A DNA stretch of 64,000 nt. Source: Planctomycetaceae bacterium. Its GTDB lineage: Bacteria > Planctomycetota > Planctomycetia > Planctomycetales > Planctomycetaceae. The position numbers and the translations under genes are program-made. The notes below the pieces were generated by a model, which was given only the letters and a program-made list of their open reading frames with translations, had not been told where the DNA came from and ran no database searches. Below are positions 35,002 to 45,736 of the stretch, one piece after another (the first letter of the stretch is position 1; the number at the start of each line of letters is the position of its first letter). The DNA is taken from positions 7,423-71,422 of the forward strand of contig JAWXBB010000103.1 of the NCBI GenBank assembly GCA_034439795.1, read 5' to 3'.

Positions 35002-36483
35002 TCAACGGTTGCGCTGCTGGTCGCGGAGTTGCTTCTTCAGGTCGCGGCGCTGGCGCTTGCTGAGGCCCTTGAACATTTCGGCGTTTTCGTGGGGGCCATC
35101 GATGCGGTGGTCGTCATCTTCGGATTCATCGTCATCCTCGGAGGCGGACGCAGCGGCCCGTGAGTTGGCGGACGTCGCGACGGGAGCCGCTTTCGCAGAC
35201 GTTGCGGGCGGGACCGGTTTCGATTCTTCCTCGTCCTGCCATTCCGCGTCGTCGCCGGTCTGCGCATCAGCGGATTCGTCCCACGAGTCTTCTTCGCTCT
35301 CCCACGCATCCTCGGCGGCCGATTCGTCGTCCGCCTCCTCGACGCCGGGCTTCACGCGCGTGCGGGGCTTGGTCGTCCGCTTCGCTTTCGCGGCCGGTTT
35401 GCGGCGGCGCTTGGGAGCCGCTTCGCTGTCTTCGTCATCAGTCTTCTTGCGACGCCGGGTTGGTTTGGTTTCTTCTTCATTGGCGGCGCGACGACCGAAT
35501 GGCCAGAGCCTGCGCAGCAATCCGCCAATCCGGGCGAACCACGTCGTCCGGGCTGCTTCCGGCGGGTCGGCACAGACGTATGCCACAAAACACGCCTGCA
35601 ACCAGAGTCCGAGAACTAGCGTGCCGAGTCCGATCACCGGGGCGAGCGCCATCGCGACGGGATACCACGCCTCGCGTGCCAACTCCGCGGCGAACAGATG
35701 GCCGCAGCCCGCGGCGATCATTGTCACCCCGGCAATCCGGGTCAGCCACAACCCGGCGAGACACCGCCGCACATCGCGATCCATCCGCCACCACAAGAGC
35801 GTGCCAACGAGCGCCAACGGTGCGAACCACGACATGGTCTCCGGTTGCCACATCGGCCATCGCCAATACGGCAAGGCCGCCTGCGCGATCGGGACATGGA
35901 CGCCAGTCCCCGCGAGAAAACTGGCCCCCGCGAATCCCGCTGCCAAAAGTGCCCACACGCGGTATCGGCCGCCGAAATCGTTCTCGCTGTGCGAACGATA
36001 CCAGCCAATCAGCGCGGCAAACTGCCCCGCGGCAAACCACAACGCCGTGGTGGCGTACACCGCCAGGACCGGCCGCGATCCCGCGAGAAGATGTTCGGCG
36101 ACGGGCGCGACCGCCGCCGCCCAGGCCAATGGTTGCACGAGCAGAAAGCCGACGACGGCCAGCATCACGCCGTACACGCCGCCGATGACGATCCGCTTCC
36201 AGAGTTGCCGCGGCAACCACGGCGACGCCGCGGGGAGTTCCCCCAGGCGATCGCGCAGACGCGCGACGCCGCCCGGGCCGTCGGTGCTGTCCGACGCCGT
36301 CGATTCTCCGGCCGCCGCCAAACGGCGACGCCTGCGATCACCAGTGGTACGAGGTTCGGCGTACGACACAGACCAACCGTCCGTGATTGAAAAGGCAGAG
36401 GCTGCCCGCATCCTTGCGGCAGCGACCTGCGGCGACCGAACGGGAATCCGGGCGCAAGAGGTCCGCCCCTGAAGATCGTCCAA
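35002..36483 (-). CDS. Polytopic membrane protein with long highly charged C-terminal tail
   Basis: 493-aa ORF, start uncertain. About 8 hydrophobic segments are followed by approx 150 aa of alternating basic (KPTRRRKKT, KRRRKPAAKAKRTTKPRTR) and acidic (EEADDESAAEDAWESEEDSWDE) low-complexity sequence. Confidence 0.55.
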   Translation of the reverse strand: MDDLQGRTSCARIPVRSPQVAAARMRAASAFSITDGWSVSYAEPRTTGDRRRRRLAAAGESTASDSTDGPGGVARLRDRLGELPAASPWLPRQLWKRIVIGGVYGVMLAVVGFLLVQPLAWAAAVAPVAEHLLAGSRPVLAVYATTALWFAAGQFAALIGWYRSHSENDFGGRYRVWALLAAGFAGASFLAGTGVHVPIAQAALPYWRWPMWQPETMSWFAPLALVGTLLWWRMDRDVRRCLAGLWLTRIAGVTMIAAGCGHLFAAELAREAWYPVAMALAPVIGLGTLVLGLWLQACFVAYVCADPPEAARTTWFARIGGLLRRLWPFGRRAANEEETKPTRRRKKTDDEDSEAAPKRRRKPAAKAKRTTKPRTRVKPGVEEADDESAAEDAWESEEDSWDESADAQTGDDAEWQDEEESKPVPPATSAKAAPVATSANSRAAASASEDDDESEDDDHRIDGPHENAEMFKGLSKRQRRDLKKQLRDQQRNR

Positions 36484-36808
36484 CTGCGGGGAGCCGAATC
36501 AATGTCCTCAGCCCAAGTCGAGCCGGGTCCGCAGCCTACCCGCTTTGACGGTCACCGCAGCACAGTCGTTGATCGATGCGAGGATTCAGAAGCGGGCACT
36601 TGATTCAACATCACAAGATTCCGTGAGCTAGCATTCAACACCGGCAGAAACTGCGCGAGCTGGCATTGATCGAGTCAGCATCCCTCCGCGGTTTACAATC
36701 ACGGACTGTTCTTTTGCGCAGTACGCGATGGCGATTCAAGTTGCAACGACTCGCACTGATCAGTAAAGTCAGATTGGTGGAGAAAGTTAGTCGCTCGAAA
36801 GGGGTGGA

Positions 36809-37324
36809 ATGGAATTGCGCTCGACCCTGGGTTTTCGTTGCTCGATTGCCTTATTGAATCAACCCGCGGCTCCGAACGACACAGCCGCAACACCGGCGCG
36901 AATCAGCCACACGTATGCAGTCGTGACTCTCAGCCTGCACAACGAAGCGTTGGCTGAAGCGCTCAAATACAAATGGATCGAGAGTCAGAAGCAGGGCCGC
37001 GACCTGGGCGAGGCCGCACTGAAGGCCTGGTTCCGTAAGCACTGGCTGCCGTTCTGTCGCGAATGCCGGCTGGAGCACATCGAAGGGATGTGCCGCTGGG
37101 TCGAGTTCGCGGAGCACGAGTTTGGGCAGGTCTACCAGTTGCTGCTCAACGGCGATCTGCTGCTCGACCGGATTCTGGACCGGATGGAGTTCTTCGGGTT
37201 CGACAACCTGGAGGTCATCAACTGGGGCCTGGACTGGGGGCTGCCGATGCCCCGGGTGCTGCAACTGCTGGAGCTGATCGACATCAACCGCGCGCGGTTG
37301 GAGCCGATCGCGCCTTCGCATTAA
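36809..37324 (+). CDS. Conserved hypothetical protein
   Basis: 171-aa ORF. The core NEALAEALKYKWIESQKQGRDLGEAALKAWFRKHW looks like a conserved helical motif I cannot assign. The true start is probably downstream (in-frame GTG before TLSLHNE). Confidence 0.5.
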   Translation: MELRSTLGFRCSIALLNQPAAPNDTAATPARISHTYAVVTLSLHNEALAEALKYKWIESQKQGRDLGEAALKAWFRKHWLPFCRECRLEHIEGMCRWVEFAEHEFGQVYQLLLNGDLLLDRILDRMEFFGFDNLEVINWGLDWGLPMPRVLQLLELIDINRARLEPIAPSH

Positions 37325-37398
37325 AGTCGGAAGGCGGAAGTCTGAAGTAGGGCTCCCGAGTCTTTGCCTTCACTTCATCCTTCCGACTTCCGTCTTTC

Positions 37399-39021
37399 AT
37401 GCCTTCTTCTCTGGCCCGCGTGTCTCGCAATCTTCGGCTGGTGAGCCTGTACACCATTGCGAGCCGGGTGCTGGGTCTCGTGCGCGACGCCGCGATGGCG
37501 GCGCGGTTCGGCAATGGGCCTTTGCTCGACGCGTTCACCGTGGCGTTCCGCATCCCGAATCTCGCCCGCGCGTTGCTCGGCGAGGGAGCGCTCGCCACGG
37601 CATTTCTGCCGGCGTTTCTCGCGCTCCGCAATGAGCACGGCCGCGACGCGGCAAACCGGTTCGCGGTCGCGGTGCTGATCGTGCTCGCCGGACTGTTGAC
37701 CGCGCTCGTCGCCGTCGCGGAACTGGTGTTGTGCGGCCTCGGTTGGGGAGCGACGTTGTCGTCCGATGCCGATCTGCTGCGGCGACTGCTGCTGATCCTC
37801 ACGCCGTACGTGGGGTTGATCTGCGTGACGAGCCAGCTGTCGGCGCTGCTGCACGCGGACAGTCGGTTCGCGATTCCCGCCGTGCTGCTGGCGGTGTTGA
37901 ATCTCGTGTGGCTGCTCGGGCTGTGGGCCATCGTTCCCCATTGGTCGGAGCCGACGACGCAACTCTTCGCAATGGCGTGGTGCGTGGTCGCGGCCGGCGT
38001 GGCGCAACTGCTGCTGCCGCTGTCGGCGGTGTGGGCGTTGGGATACCGCTACGTGGCCGATTGGCGTCGCGCGTGGTCCGGGGTGAAGACGCTCTTCGCA
38101 CAAATGGCGCCCGTGGTCGGCGGGCTGATGATCACGCAGGTCAACGTGCTGCTCGACAGCCTGATCGCGTGGGGCTTCGCGCGGCCCGAGCACGGCCCGG
38201 CGGTGATGTCGCTGCCGGGGGAGCCGCTCTATCCGCTGGCGGCGGGGACGGCGTCGGCGCTGTATTTCGGGCAGCGGCTGTATCAGTTTCCGTTGGGCGT
38301 GTTCGGCGTCGCGCTCGGCACGGTCCTCTTTCCACTGCTCGCCGAACACGCGCAGCGCGGCGACCGAGAGCGGCTGCGCGAAGACTTCTCGCTCGGCTTG
38401 CGGCTCGTGGCGGCGATCGGCATTCCGGCCAGCGCGGGACTGATGCTGCTCGCCGGACCGCTCGCGGCGCTCTGCTTTCAGTACGGGGCCTTCGATGCCG
38501 ACGACGCCGCACAAACCGCGAGCATGATCGCCGCCTACGGCAGCGGTGTGTGGGCCTACTGTGGGTTGCTGATCATTCACCGTGGATTCTACGCCATCGG
38601 CGACCGGATGACCCCGATGCGCGTCGGACTCGGCTCGCTGGGACTGAACCTGATCGGCAATCTGACGCTGATCTGGATCTTGGGCGGCACCGGACTCGCC
38701 GTCTCCACGGCCGTGGTTTCGATGCTGCAATGCGTCACGGTCGGCTGGCTGTTCCGTCAACGGATCGGCGGCTGGAACGGCCGCGCGGTCGCGGTCGCCG
38801 TGTTGAAGTCCTCGTTCGCCACGCTCGTGATGTCGTTCGCCGTGCTGGCCACACTGCGAATGCTCGACCATTGGCCCGGCTGGTCGGGACGCGGCCTGCG
38901 GGTGCTGATCCCGGTGGCCGTCGCGGTGGTGACGTACTACGCGACCGCATGGTTCGTGCGGTTTCACGAGCCGTGGGAGATGTTGAAAGTCGGAAGTGAG
39001 AAGTCACAGGTTGAGAGTTGA
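37399..39021 (+). CDS. murJ: Lipid II flippase MurJ (MviN)
   Basis: 540-aa ORF with approx 14 TM helices. N-terminal SRVLGLVRDAAMAARFGNGPLLDAFTVAFRIPNLAR is typical of MurJ. Confidence 0.9.
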   Translation: MPSSLARVSRNLRLVSLYTIASRVLGLVRDAAMAARFGNGPLLDAFTVAFRIPNLARALLGEGALATAFLPAFLALRNEHGRDAANRFAVAVLIVLAGLLTALVAVAELVLCGLGWGATLSSDADLLRRLLLILTPYVGLICVTSQLSALLHADSRFAIPAVLLAVLNLVWLLGLWAIVPHWSEPTTQLFAMAWCVVAAGVAQLLLPLSAVWALGYRYVADWRRAWSGVKTLFAQMAPVVGGLMITQVNVLLDSLIAWGFARPEHGPAVMSLPGEPLYPLAAGTASALYFGQRLYQFPLGVFGVALGTVLFPLLAEHAQRGDRERLREDFSLGLRLVAAIGIPASAGLMLLAGPLAALCFQYGAFDADDAAQTASMIAAYGSGVWAYCGLLIIHRGFYAIGDRMTPMRVGLGSLGLNLIGNLTLIWILGGTGLAVSTAVVSMLQCVTVGWLFRQRIGGWNGRAVAVAVLKSSFATLVMSFAVLATLRMLDHWPGWSGRGLRVLIPVAVAVVTYYATAWFVRFHEPWEMLKVGSEKSQVES

Positions 39022-39070
39022 GGGTTGATCGTTGAGAGTGAAAACCAAGCGAGTTTCGTTGCCGCTCTTT

Positions 39071-39266
39071 AGCCCCAGCGGGGCGGCAGATCGTAGCCCC
39101 AGGCGTGAGCCTGGGGAACAGCGGCCCGCGTTCGTGGAAGCCCCGGAGGGGCGACAGAAATCGAACGGCCTCCGACATTCTGTCGCCCCTTCGGGGCTTA
39201 ATGTCGCGCAGAATCCTTCACCCCAGGCTGACGCCTGGGGCTACGATCTGCCGCCCCTTCGGGGCT
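39071..39266. repeat. Nested-palindrome element, family C, copy 2
   Basis: Same outer and inner arms as 7659..7857 (GGCAGATCGTAGCCCCAGGCGTGAGCCTGGGG ... CCCCAGGCTGACGCCTGGGGCTACGATCTGCC). Lies between murJ and the kinase gene. Confidence 0.85.
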
Positions 39267-39365
39267 GAAACCGGTCTGTCCGAATCATCGCATCCCGCAA
39301 CCACCAATGAACGGCCGCACTCGTTTCTGGCCCTCAGCTCTCAGCCCTTAACCCTTAGCTTCTTC

Positions 39366-40880
<1,515 letters not shown>

Positions 40881-41039
40881 TTACCTGTCCACGGGGCGGG
40901 AATCCATTGGGTTCGATCATAAGCCCCCGTCACGGGACTTGGCAAACCCGACTCGTCGAGAGTCGCGAGACCGCAAGCGACGAACGCCGCGGGGGGAAGC
41001 GCACGCTTGCAGTTTCGCGATTCGGGTGGTGGTACACTT

Positions 41040-41237
41040 TCAGATTCCCAGCAGTAACTGACGGATGGTCTGACTGATAACCGGGTCGGTCACTGCCAGT
41101 TTGACAATCTGAACCGTCGCCCACAGCGCCCCGATCATCGCAATCACGAAATACATCTTGAGGGACCAGTGCCACGTCCACGGTGCGAACAACCGGATAT
41201 GCGGCGGCAACGGATCATGGTCGGGCGTCTCAGGCAT
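41040..41237 (-). CDS. Small membrane protein (hypothetical)
   Basis: 65-aa ORF with one clear TM helix (MYFVIAMIGALWATVQIV). Sits in a locally lower-GC stretch. No homology evidence. Confidence 0.35.
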   Translation of the reverse strand: MPETPDHDPLPPHIRLFAPWTWHWSLKMYFVIAMIGALWATVQIVKLAVTDPVISQTIRQLLLGI

Positions 41238-41272
41238 CCCGCCATCTTACCAAACGAGAACGCCCCGCGACT

Positions 41273-41542
41273 TCATGCCGTCGGATGGTCGCCGGGCTTG
41301 CGAAGGAATGCCCAGATACCCCACCCGATCCACGCCAGTACGAGCACTGGCAGATTGAAGAGGGCCACGAAGTAGACCAGCCCCATGCCGATGTCGGGGT
41401 CTCCGGGGAATGACGGCGGCTCGGTCAGCCAGAATGCGAAGTAGCTTCCCGTCGCTAACCAGAGCGGCATGCCCGTTACCAGCGTAAGCCAGAACAACAC
41501 ATGCCCAGGCTGGCGAGTCTTGATGGCGTTCGATTCCAACAT
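41273..41542 (-). CDS. Small membrane protein (hypothetical)
   Basis: 89-aa ORF with 3 predicted TM helices (VLFWLTLVTGMPLWL, LVYFVALFNLPVLVLAWIGWGIWAF). Confidence 0.45.
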   Translation of the reverse strand: MLESNAIKTRQPGHVLFWLTLVTGMPLWLATGSYFAFWLTEPPSFPGDPDIGMGLVYFVALFNLPVLVLAWIGWGIWAFLRKPGDHPTA

Positions 41543-41989
41543 GTTGGCTCTCCGGTGAATTGCCCCTCACCGTCGATTATGGAGACGTGCAGACGACCAA
41601 TGCGATAGCAATGCGTGAAACGAAAACGCCCCGGTGTCTGCCGGGGCGTTCGGTACTGGGTGGTCGGCGTGGGTCATTTTTTTCAGTGGTCAGCGGGCGG
41701 GTTGGTGGAGTCTGTCGGACGGCGCTTCGGGATGTTCGTTCCCCACCGCAATAACCACCACAACGCGGCGACGACCAGGGCGAACTGGAATGCGTCTATC
41801 GCAGACATCATTTCGTTGCTCATGTCTTGCGTCCGCCTCCCATCCCCGCACGGTACGCGGCTGGTGCGGGGACAGTCAACTGCTGTACCACGACCCGCGA
41901 TTCTTTCACATCCAATCCGCCAGTGTTCGCGACCGCTCCCCGCGCTATAATGCCGCTGTCCGATTGCTTCGTCTCTCGCAAGGATCGAC

Positions 41990-43417
41990 ATGTCCTCCCG
42001 TCCGCGTACGCTTGGTGAACTTCGCGAATCCGGTTACCGGCCGGTCGGCGTGAAGCAGGAACTCCGCCGCAATCTGCTGGCCCGTCTCCGCCGCAACGAG
42101 CCGTTGTTTCCGGGCATTCGCGGCTACGACGAAACGGTCATCCCGCAGGTGCAGAATGCGATCCTGTCGCAGCACGACCTGTTGTTTCTGGGGCTGCGCG
42201 GCCAGGGGAAGACCCGCATGTTGCGGCTGCTGGTCGAATTGCTGGACGAGGCGATTCCCGTCGTCGCCGGGTCGGAGATCAACGACGATCCGCTGCATCC
42301 CCTGTCGAAATACGCCCGCGACCGGGTCCGCGACCTGGGGGACGACTGCCCGGTGGAATGGATCGGCCGCGACCGGCGGTATCACGAGAAGCTGGCGACG
42401 CCGGACGTCACCATCGCCGACCTCATCGGCGAAGTCGATCTGGTGAAGCACGCCGAAGGCCGGCACCTCGCCAGCGAGGACGTGATGCACTTCGGCCTCA
42501 TTCCCCGCAGTCACCGCGGGCTGTTCTGCATGAACGAGCTGCCGGATCTGAGCCCCAAGATTCAGGTCGGCCTGTTCAACGTGCTGGAGGAGCGCGACGT
42601 GCAGATCCGCGGGTTCACCATCCGGCTGCCGGTCGACGTGTGCATGGTGTTCAGCGCGAACCCCGAGGACTACACGAATCGCGGGCGGATCGTGACGCCG
42701 CTGAAGGACCGCATCGGCTCGGTGATCCGCACGCACTATCCGCTGACCCGCGAGCTGGGGATGCAGATTGTCGCCGAGCAGTCGTGGACCGATCGGGCCG
42801 ACGCGCCGGCGGTCGTCATCCCGAACTTCCTCAAGGAGGTCGTCGAAGAGACGTCGCGGCTCGCGCGGAGCAGTCCGCACGTCAACCAGGCGTCGGGCGT
42901 GAGCGTGCGGATGTCGATCGCGAATTACGAGAACCTGATTTCGAGCGCCGAACGCCGGGCGGTGATCGCCGGGGAAGACCCGGCCGTGGCGCGCTGCGCG
43001 GACCTCGCGGCCCTGGTCTCCAGCTCGCGCGGCAAGATGGAGCTGACGATGACCGAGGAACCCGGTCAGGAGGACAAGCTGGTTGGGCGATTGATCGACG
43101 AGGCGGTGAAGACTGTGTTCGATCAGTCGGCGAACCCGAAGCAGTTCCGCAGCGTGGTCGAGCATTTCGAGCAGGGCAAGGGCGTCGAGCTGAGCGACCG
43201 GCTGCCGGCGAAAGAGGTGCTGGCCCGCGTCGGCGAGATCCGCGGCTTCCGCGCGCAGGTCGAGCAATTCGCGAAGCAGCTGGAACCGGCACTCGCGACC
43301 GGCGCGTCAACGGACGGCTTTTTGGCGAGCGTCGCCGAGTTCATCCTGCACGCCCTGCACTGCCACAACCGGCTGAACCGCACCGCGAAGGGAACATCGC
43401 TGCAGTTCGGACAGTGA
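41990..43417 (+). CDS. ChlI/Mg-chelatase-like AAA+ ATPase
   Basis: 475-aa ORF. Walker A LFLGLRGQGKTRM. Walker B GLFCMNELPD. The N-terminal TLGELRESGY region is as in ChlI-like ATPases. No adjacent vWA partner. Confidence 0.75.
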   Translation: MSSRPRTLGELRESGYRPVGVKQELRRNLLARLRRNEPLFPGIRGYDETVIPQVQNAILSQHDLLFLGLRGQGKTRMLRLLVELLDEAIPVVAGSEINDDPLHPLSKYARDRVRDLGDDCPVEWIGRDRRYHEKLATPDVTIADLIGEVDLVKHAEGRHLASEDVMHFGLIPRSHRGLFCMNELPDLSPKIQVGLFNVLEERDVQIRGFTIRLPVDVCMVFSANPEDYTNRGRIVTPLKDRIGSVIRTHYPLTRELGMQIVAEQSWTDRADAPAVVIPNFLKEVVEETSRLARSSPHVNQASGVSVRMSIANYENLISSAERRAVIAGEDPAVARCADLAALVSSSRGKMELTMTEEPGQEDKLVGRLIDEAVKTVFDQSANPKQFRSVVEHFEQGKGVELSDRLPAKEVLARVGEIRGFRAQVEQFAKQLEPALATGASTDGFLASVAEFILHALHCHNRLNRTAKGTSLQFGQ

Positions 43418-43429
43418 TGGTTCGCGGAG

Positions 43430-43630
43430 TTATTTGCTATGTGATGGCCGCAGCACGAATCGGATTGACTGTGATGCACATGCTCCAACTGTCGCGCTCA
43501 CGTACCAAGGAAGCTGACTACCAGAGACACAGATAACGGGAAGTGAAAAGAGTGCGAGAATCGTGACGACGCAAACAAAGGTAGGCACCCAATCTGCCAC
43601 TGACACCTGCTTGTTGGCACGCTTAGGCAT
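43430..43630 (-). CDS. Small single-pass membrane protein (hypothetical), second gene of the low-GC islet
   Basis: 66-aa ORF. The ATG is preceded by GGGAGGTG with approx 6-nt spacing, embedded in the last codons of the upstream gene (8-nt overlap). TM helix WVPTFVCVVTILALFSLPVICV. Confidence 0.45.
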   Translation of the reverse strand: MPKRANKQVSVADWVPTFVCVVTILALFSLPVICVSGSQLPWYVSATVGACASQSIRFVLRPSHSK

Positions 43631-44087
43631 TTTTCACACCTCCCTTCGGCTTCGCCGATGTCACCACAGGTGGAATAGCCTTGTCGAGCACAGCGAGCGC
43701 GGATGCCGCACGCGAAATCCTTGCCTCAGTTTCTTCAGCAATCTTTTGGACCAGCGTTGGAAGAAACTCAATCGTCTTGAGCTTTTCATCGCGCGAGCAT
43801 TCTGTCCATGGCTTGGATTCGTCGGCTTCCGGATACCGGAAATGATTCCAGCTTAAAAACACACGAAACTTGTCGGCCCAGCGTCCATAGGCAAGTTTCA
43901 GAGCGAAAGGATTGTCATCATCATCCGAGTGCTCGACGACGATCTCGCAAGTGATGCCGACACGACATTCATCGCTCAAGTAGGCTTCAATAGCCCGAAC
44001 ATTTGCTGCAGCTTGATCGCACAGTGTATTGAGGCGATCTGCAGAGGTCTTGAGGCGCGCCAGCGCTTTTGCCAATTCTGGCTCCAT
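43623..44087 (-). CDS. Hypothetical cytoplasmic protein, first gene of the low-GC islet
   Basis: 154-aa ORF. Strong SD AAGGAGAG about 6 nt before the ATG. Clearly lower GC than the surroundings. Helical N- and C-termini around a beta-rich core. No recognised motif. Confidence 0.65.
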   Translation of the reverse strand: MEPELAKALARLKTSADRLNTLCDQAAANVRAIEAYLSDECRVGITCEIVVEHSDDDDNPFALKLAYGRWADKFRVFLSWNHFRYPEADESKPWTECSRDEKLKTIEFLPTLVQKIAEETEARISRAASALAVLDKAIPPVVTSAKPKGGVKNA

Positions 44088-44150
44088 GGGATCTCTCCTT
44101 GCCGTCTAGGCACACAGTTTCACGCTAAGGACCAGCTACGGTCCAACGCT

Positions 44151-44167
44151 GTGTGGTACTACCACAC
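44151..44167. promoter_or_regulatory. 17-bp perfect palindrome upstream of the low-GC two-gene islet (candidate operator)
   Basis: GTGTGGTA C TACCACAC lies about 65-80 nt upstream of the ATG at 44087. A neighbouring small hairpin is GGACCAGCTACGGTCC (44129..44144). Confidence 0.3.
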
Positions 44168-44245
44168 TTAGACCATGATACGTGGCACCTGCAGCTTGTC
44201 AACTGCATTGGCAAGCCCACCCAGAGCAATTTGGAGGGCTTCCGG

Positions 44246-45736
44246 CTACACGCGTTGAATCGCCGCCCAAAGGATGTTGGGCACGAAGAACAACCCTAGC
44301 GTCGCGACGGTGCAGACGCCCACGGCGACCAGCGCCGGAGTGGCGGGTTGATCCTCGATGGGCGTGACCGGCTCGCTCAGATACATCTCGCGGATGACGC
44401 GCAGGTAATACCACGCGCCGATCGCTGCGTTGACCGCCAGCCAGATCGCCAGCCAGCAGCCGGATTCGGTTCCCGTGCCCCAGGCGGCGAGGAACAGATT
44501 CAACTTGCCCAGGAAACCGGCCGTCGGCGGCAGCCCCGTCAGGCTGAGCAGGAACACCGTCAGCACCAAAGCCAGTCCCGGCCGGACGCGGCTCAGGCCC
44601 TGCAAATCTTCCAGCGTCGCAATCCGCCGTTCCGGGCGATTGAGCGCCGCCAACGCCGCGAACACGCCGAGCGTCATCGCCCCGTACACGGCGAGATAGA
44701 ACAGCACGGCCTCGAATCCGTTCACCGTCGCCGACGTTTTCCCGCCGACCACGAAGCCGACCAGCATGTAGCCGGCGTGCGACACGCTCGAAAACGCCAG
44801 CAGCCGGCGGATGTCGGTCTGCAACAGCGCGAGCAGGTTGCCGACGAACATCGTCAGCACGGCGATCCACCACAACAGCGGCTCGGCGAACTCGCCCAGC
44901 GACCACTCGCCCCCCGACAACGGCCAAGCCAGCACGCGGTAGAGCGCCACGAATCCCGCCACCTTCGGCATCACCGACAGCATCGCCGCCGCCGAGTTGG
45001 GCGCTCCCTGAAACACGTCGGGCGCGTAGAAGTGGAACGGCACGGCCGTCAACCGGAAGGCCAGCCCCGCGACCATCATCACAACGGAGATTCCCAGGAT
45101 CATGGGCATGTCCGGCGAGGTGCTCCGCGCCAGTGCCGCGTGAATCGCCTGTAGGTTCGTCGTGCCCGTCGCGCCGTACAGATAGCTGAGTCCGAATAAA
45201 AGGAACGCCGACGACAGCACGCTCAGCAGGAAATACTTGATCGTCGCCTCCTGAGCCGGGGCGTCGCGGCGCGGCATCAGCAGGAACAGGTACGTCGGCA
45301 CGCTGATGAGCTCCAGCGCGACGAACAACCCGACCAGATCGTTCGACGCCGCGACGAGATTGACGCCGGCGATGATCGCCAGCAGACAGGCCTGCGTTTC
45401 TGCCGACCGCGCGTCGTCGGCCTGATTCCACGTCACCAGCACCAACACCGCGCCGATGCCGAGGCTCAATCCCCGGACGTACCACGCCAGATCATCCAGC
45501 CGGAACGGCCCGGTCGTCACCGGTTGCGGCGAGCTGTTCCACCACAGGTAGCCCGCCACGCCGAGGCCCAGCAGCGACAGCCAGCCCCAGCGGTCGCGCA
45601 GACCCGCGGGCGCTTCGCCCCGCTCGCTCACCAGAAACGGCGCGGCGAAAAACATCAGGCACATCGTCGCCAGCAGGATCACGTCCGGCAGGATCAGCGA
45701 CAATGCAGAGTTCAACTGGTCGATGGCAACAGTCAC
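44246..45736 (-). CDS. nuoN: NADH-quinone oxidoreductase subunit N
   Basis: 496-aa polytopic antiporter-like protein. Last gene of the nuo operon. ATGA overlap with the nuoM stop. Confidence 0.9.
   Translation of the reverse strand: MTVAIDQLNSALSLILPDVILLATMCLMFFAAPFLVSERGEAPAGLRDRWGWLSLLGLGVAGYLWWNSSPQPVTTGPFRLDDLAWYVRGLSLGIGAVLVLVTWNQADDARSAETQACLLAIIAGVNLVAASNDLVGLFVALELISVPTYLFLLMPRRDAPAQEATIKYFLLSVLSSAFLLFGLSYLYGATGTTNLQAIHAALARSTSPDMPMILGISVVMMVAGLAFRLTAVPFHFYAPDVFQGAPNSAAAMLSVMPKVAGFVALYRVLAWPLSGGEWSLGEFAEPLLWWIAVLTMFVGNLLALLQTDIRRLLAFSSVSHAGYMLVGFVVGGKTSATVNGFEAVLFYLAVYGAMTLGVFAALAALNRPERRIATLEDLQGLSRVRPGLALVLTVFLLSLTGLPPTAGFLGKLNLFLAAWGTGTESGCWLAIWLAVNAAIGAWYYLRVIREMYLSEPVTPIEDQPATPALVAVGVCTVATLGLFFVPNILWAAIQRV

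Noticed and set aside
36484-36808. Possible small RNA or riboswitch in the 325-nt lower-GC gap upstream of 36809..37324.
   Set aside because: I recognised no conserved riboswitch motif or convincing terminator/antiterminator pair. It is probably a divergent promoter region.
41683-41823. 46-aa ORF (MSNEMMSAIDAFQFALVVAALWWLLRWG...) as a third tiny membrane protein.
   Set aside because: It is plausible because of one TM helix. However, it is very short, lacks a clear RBS, and is embedded in a longer junk ORF, so support is insufficient.
41990-43417. A second MoxR/vWA-type system built around the ChlI-like ATPase.
   Set aside because: There is no vWA or other partner gene adjacent. Downstream is the unrelated low-GC islet and upstream are only tiny membrane ORFs, so it is treated as a stand-alone ATPase.
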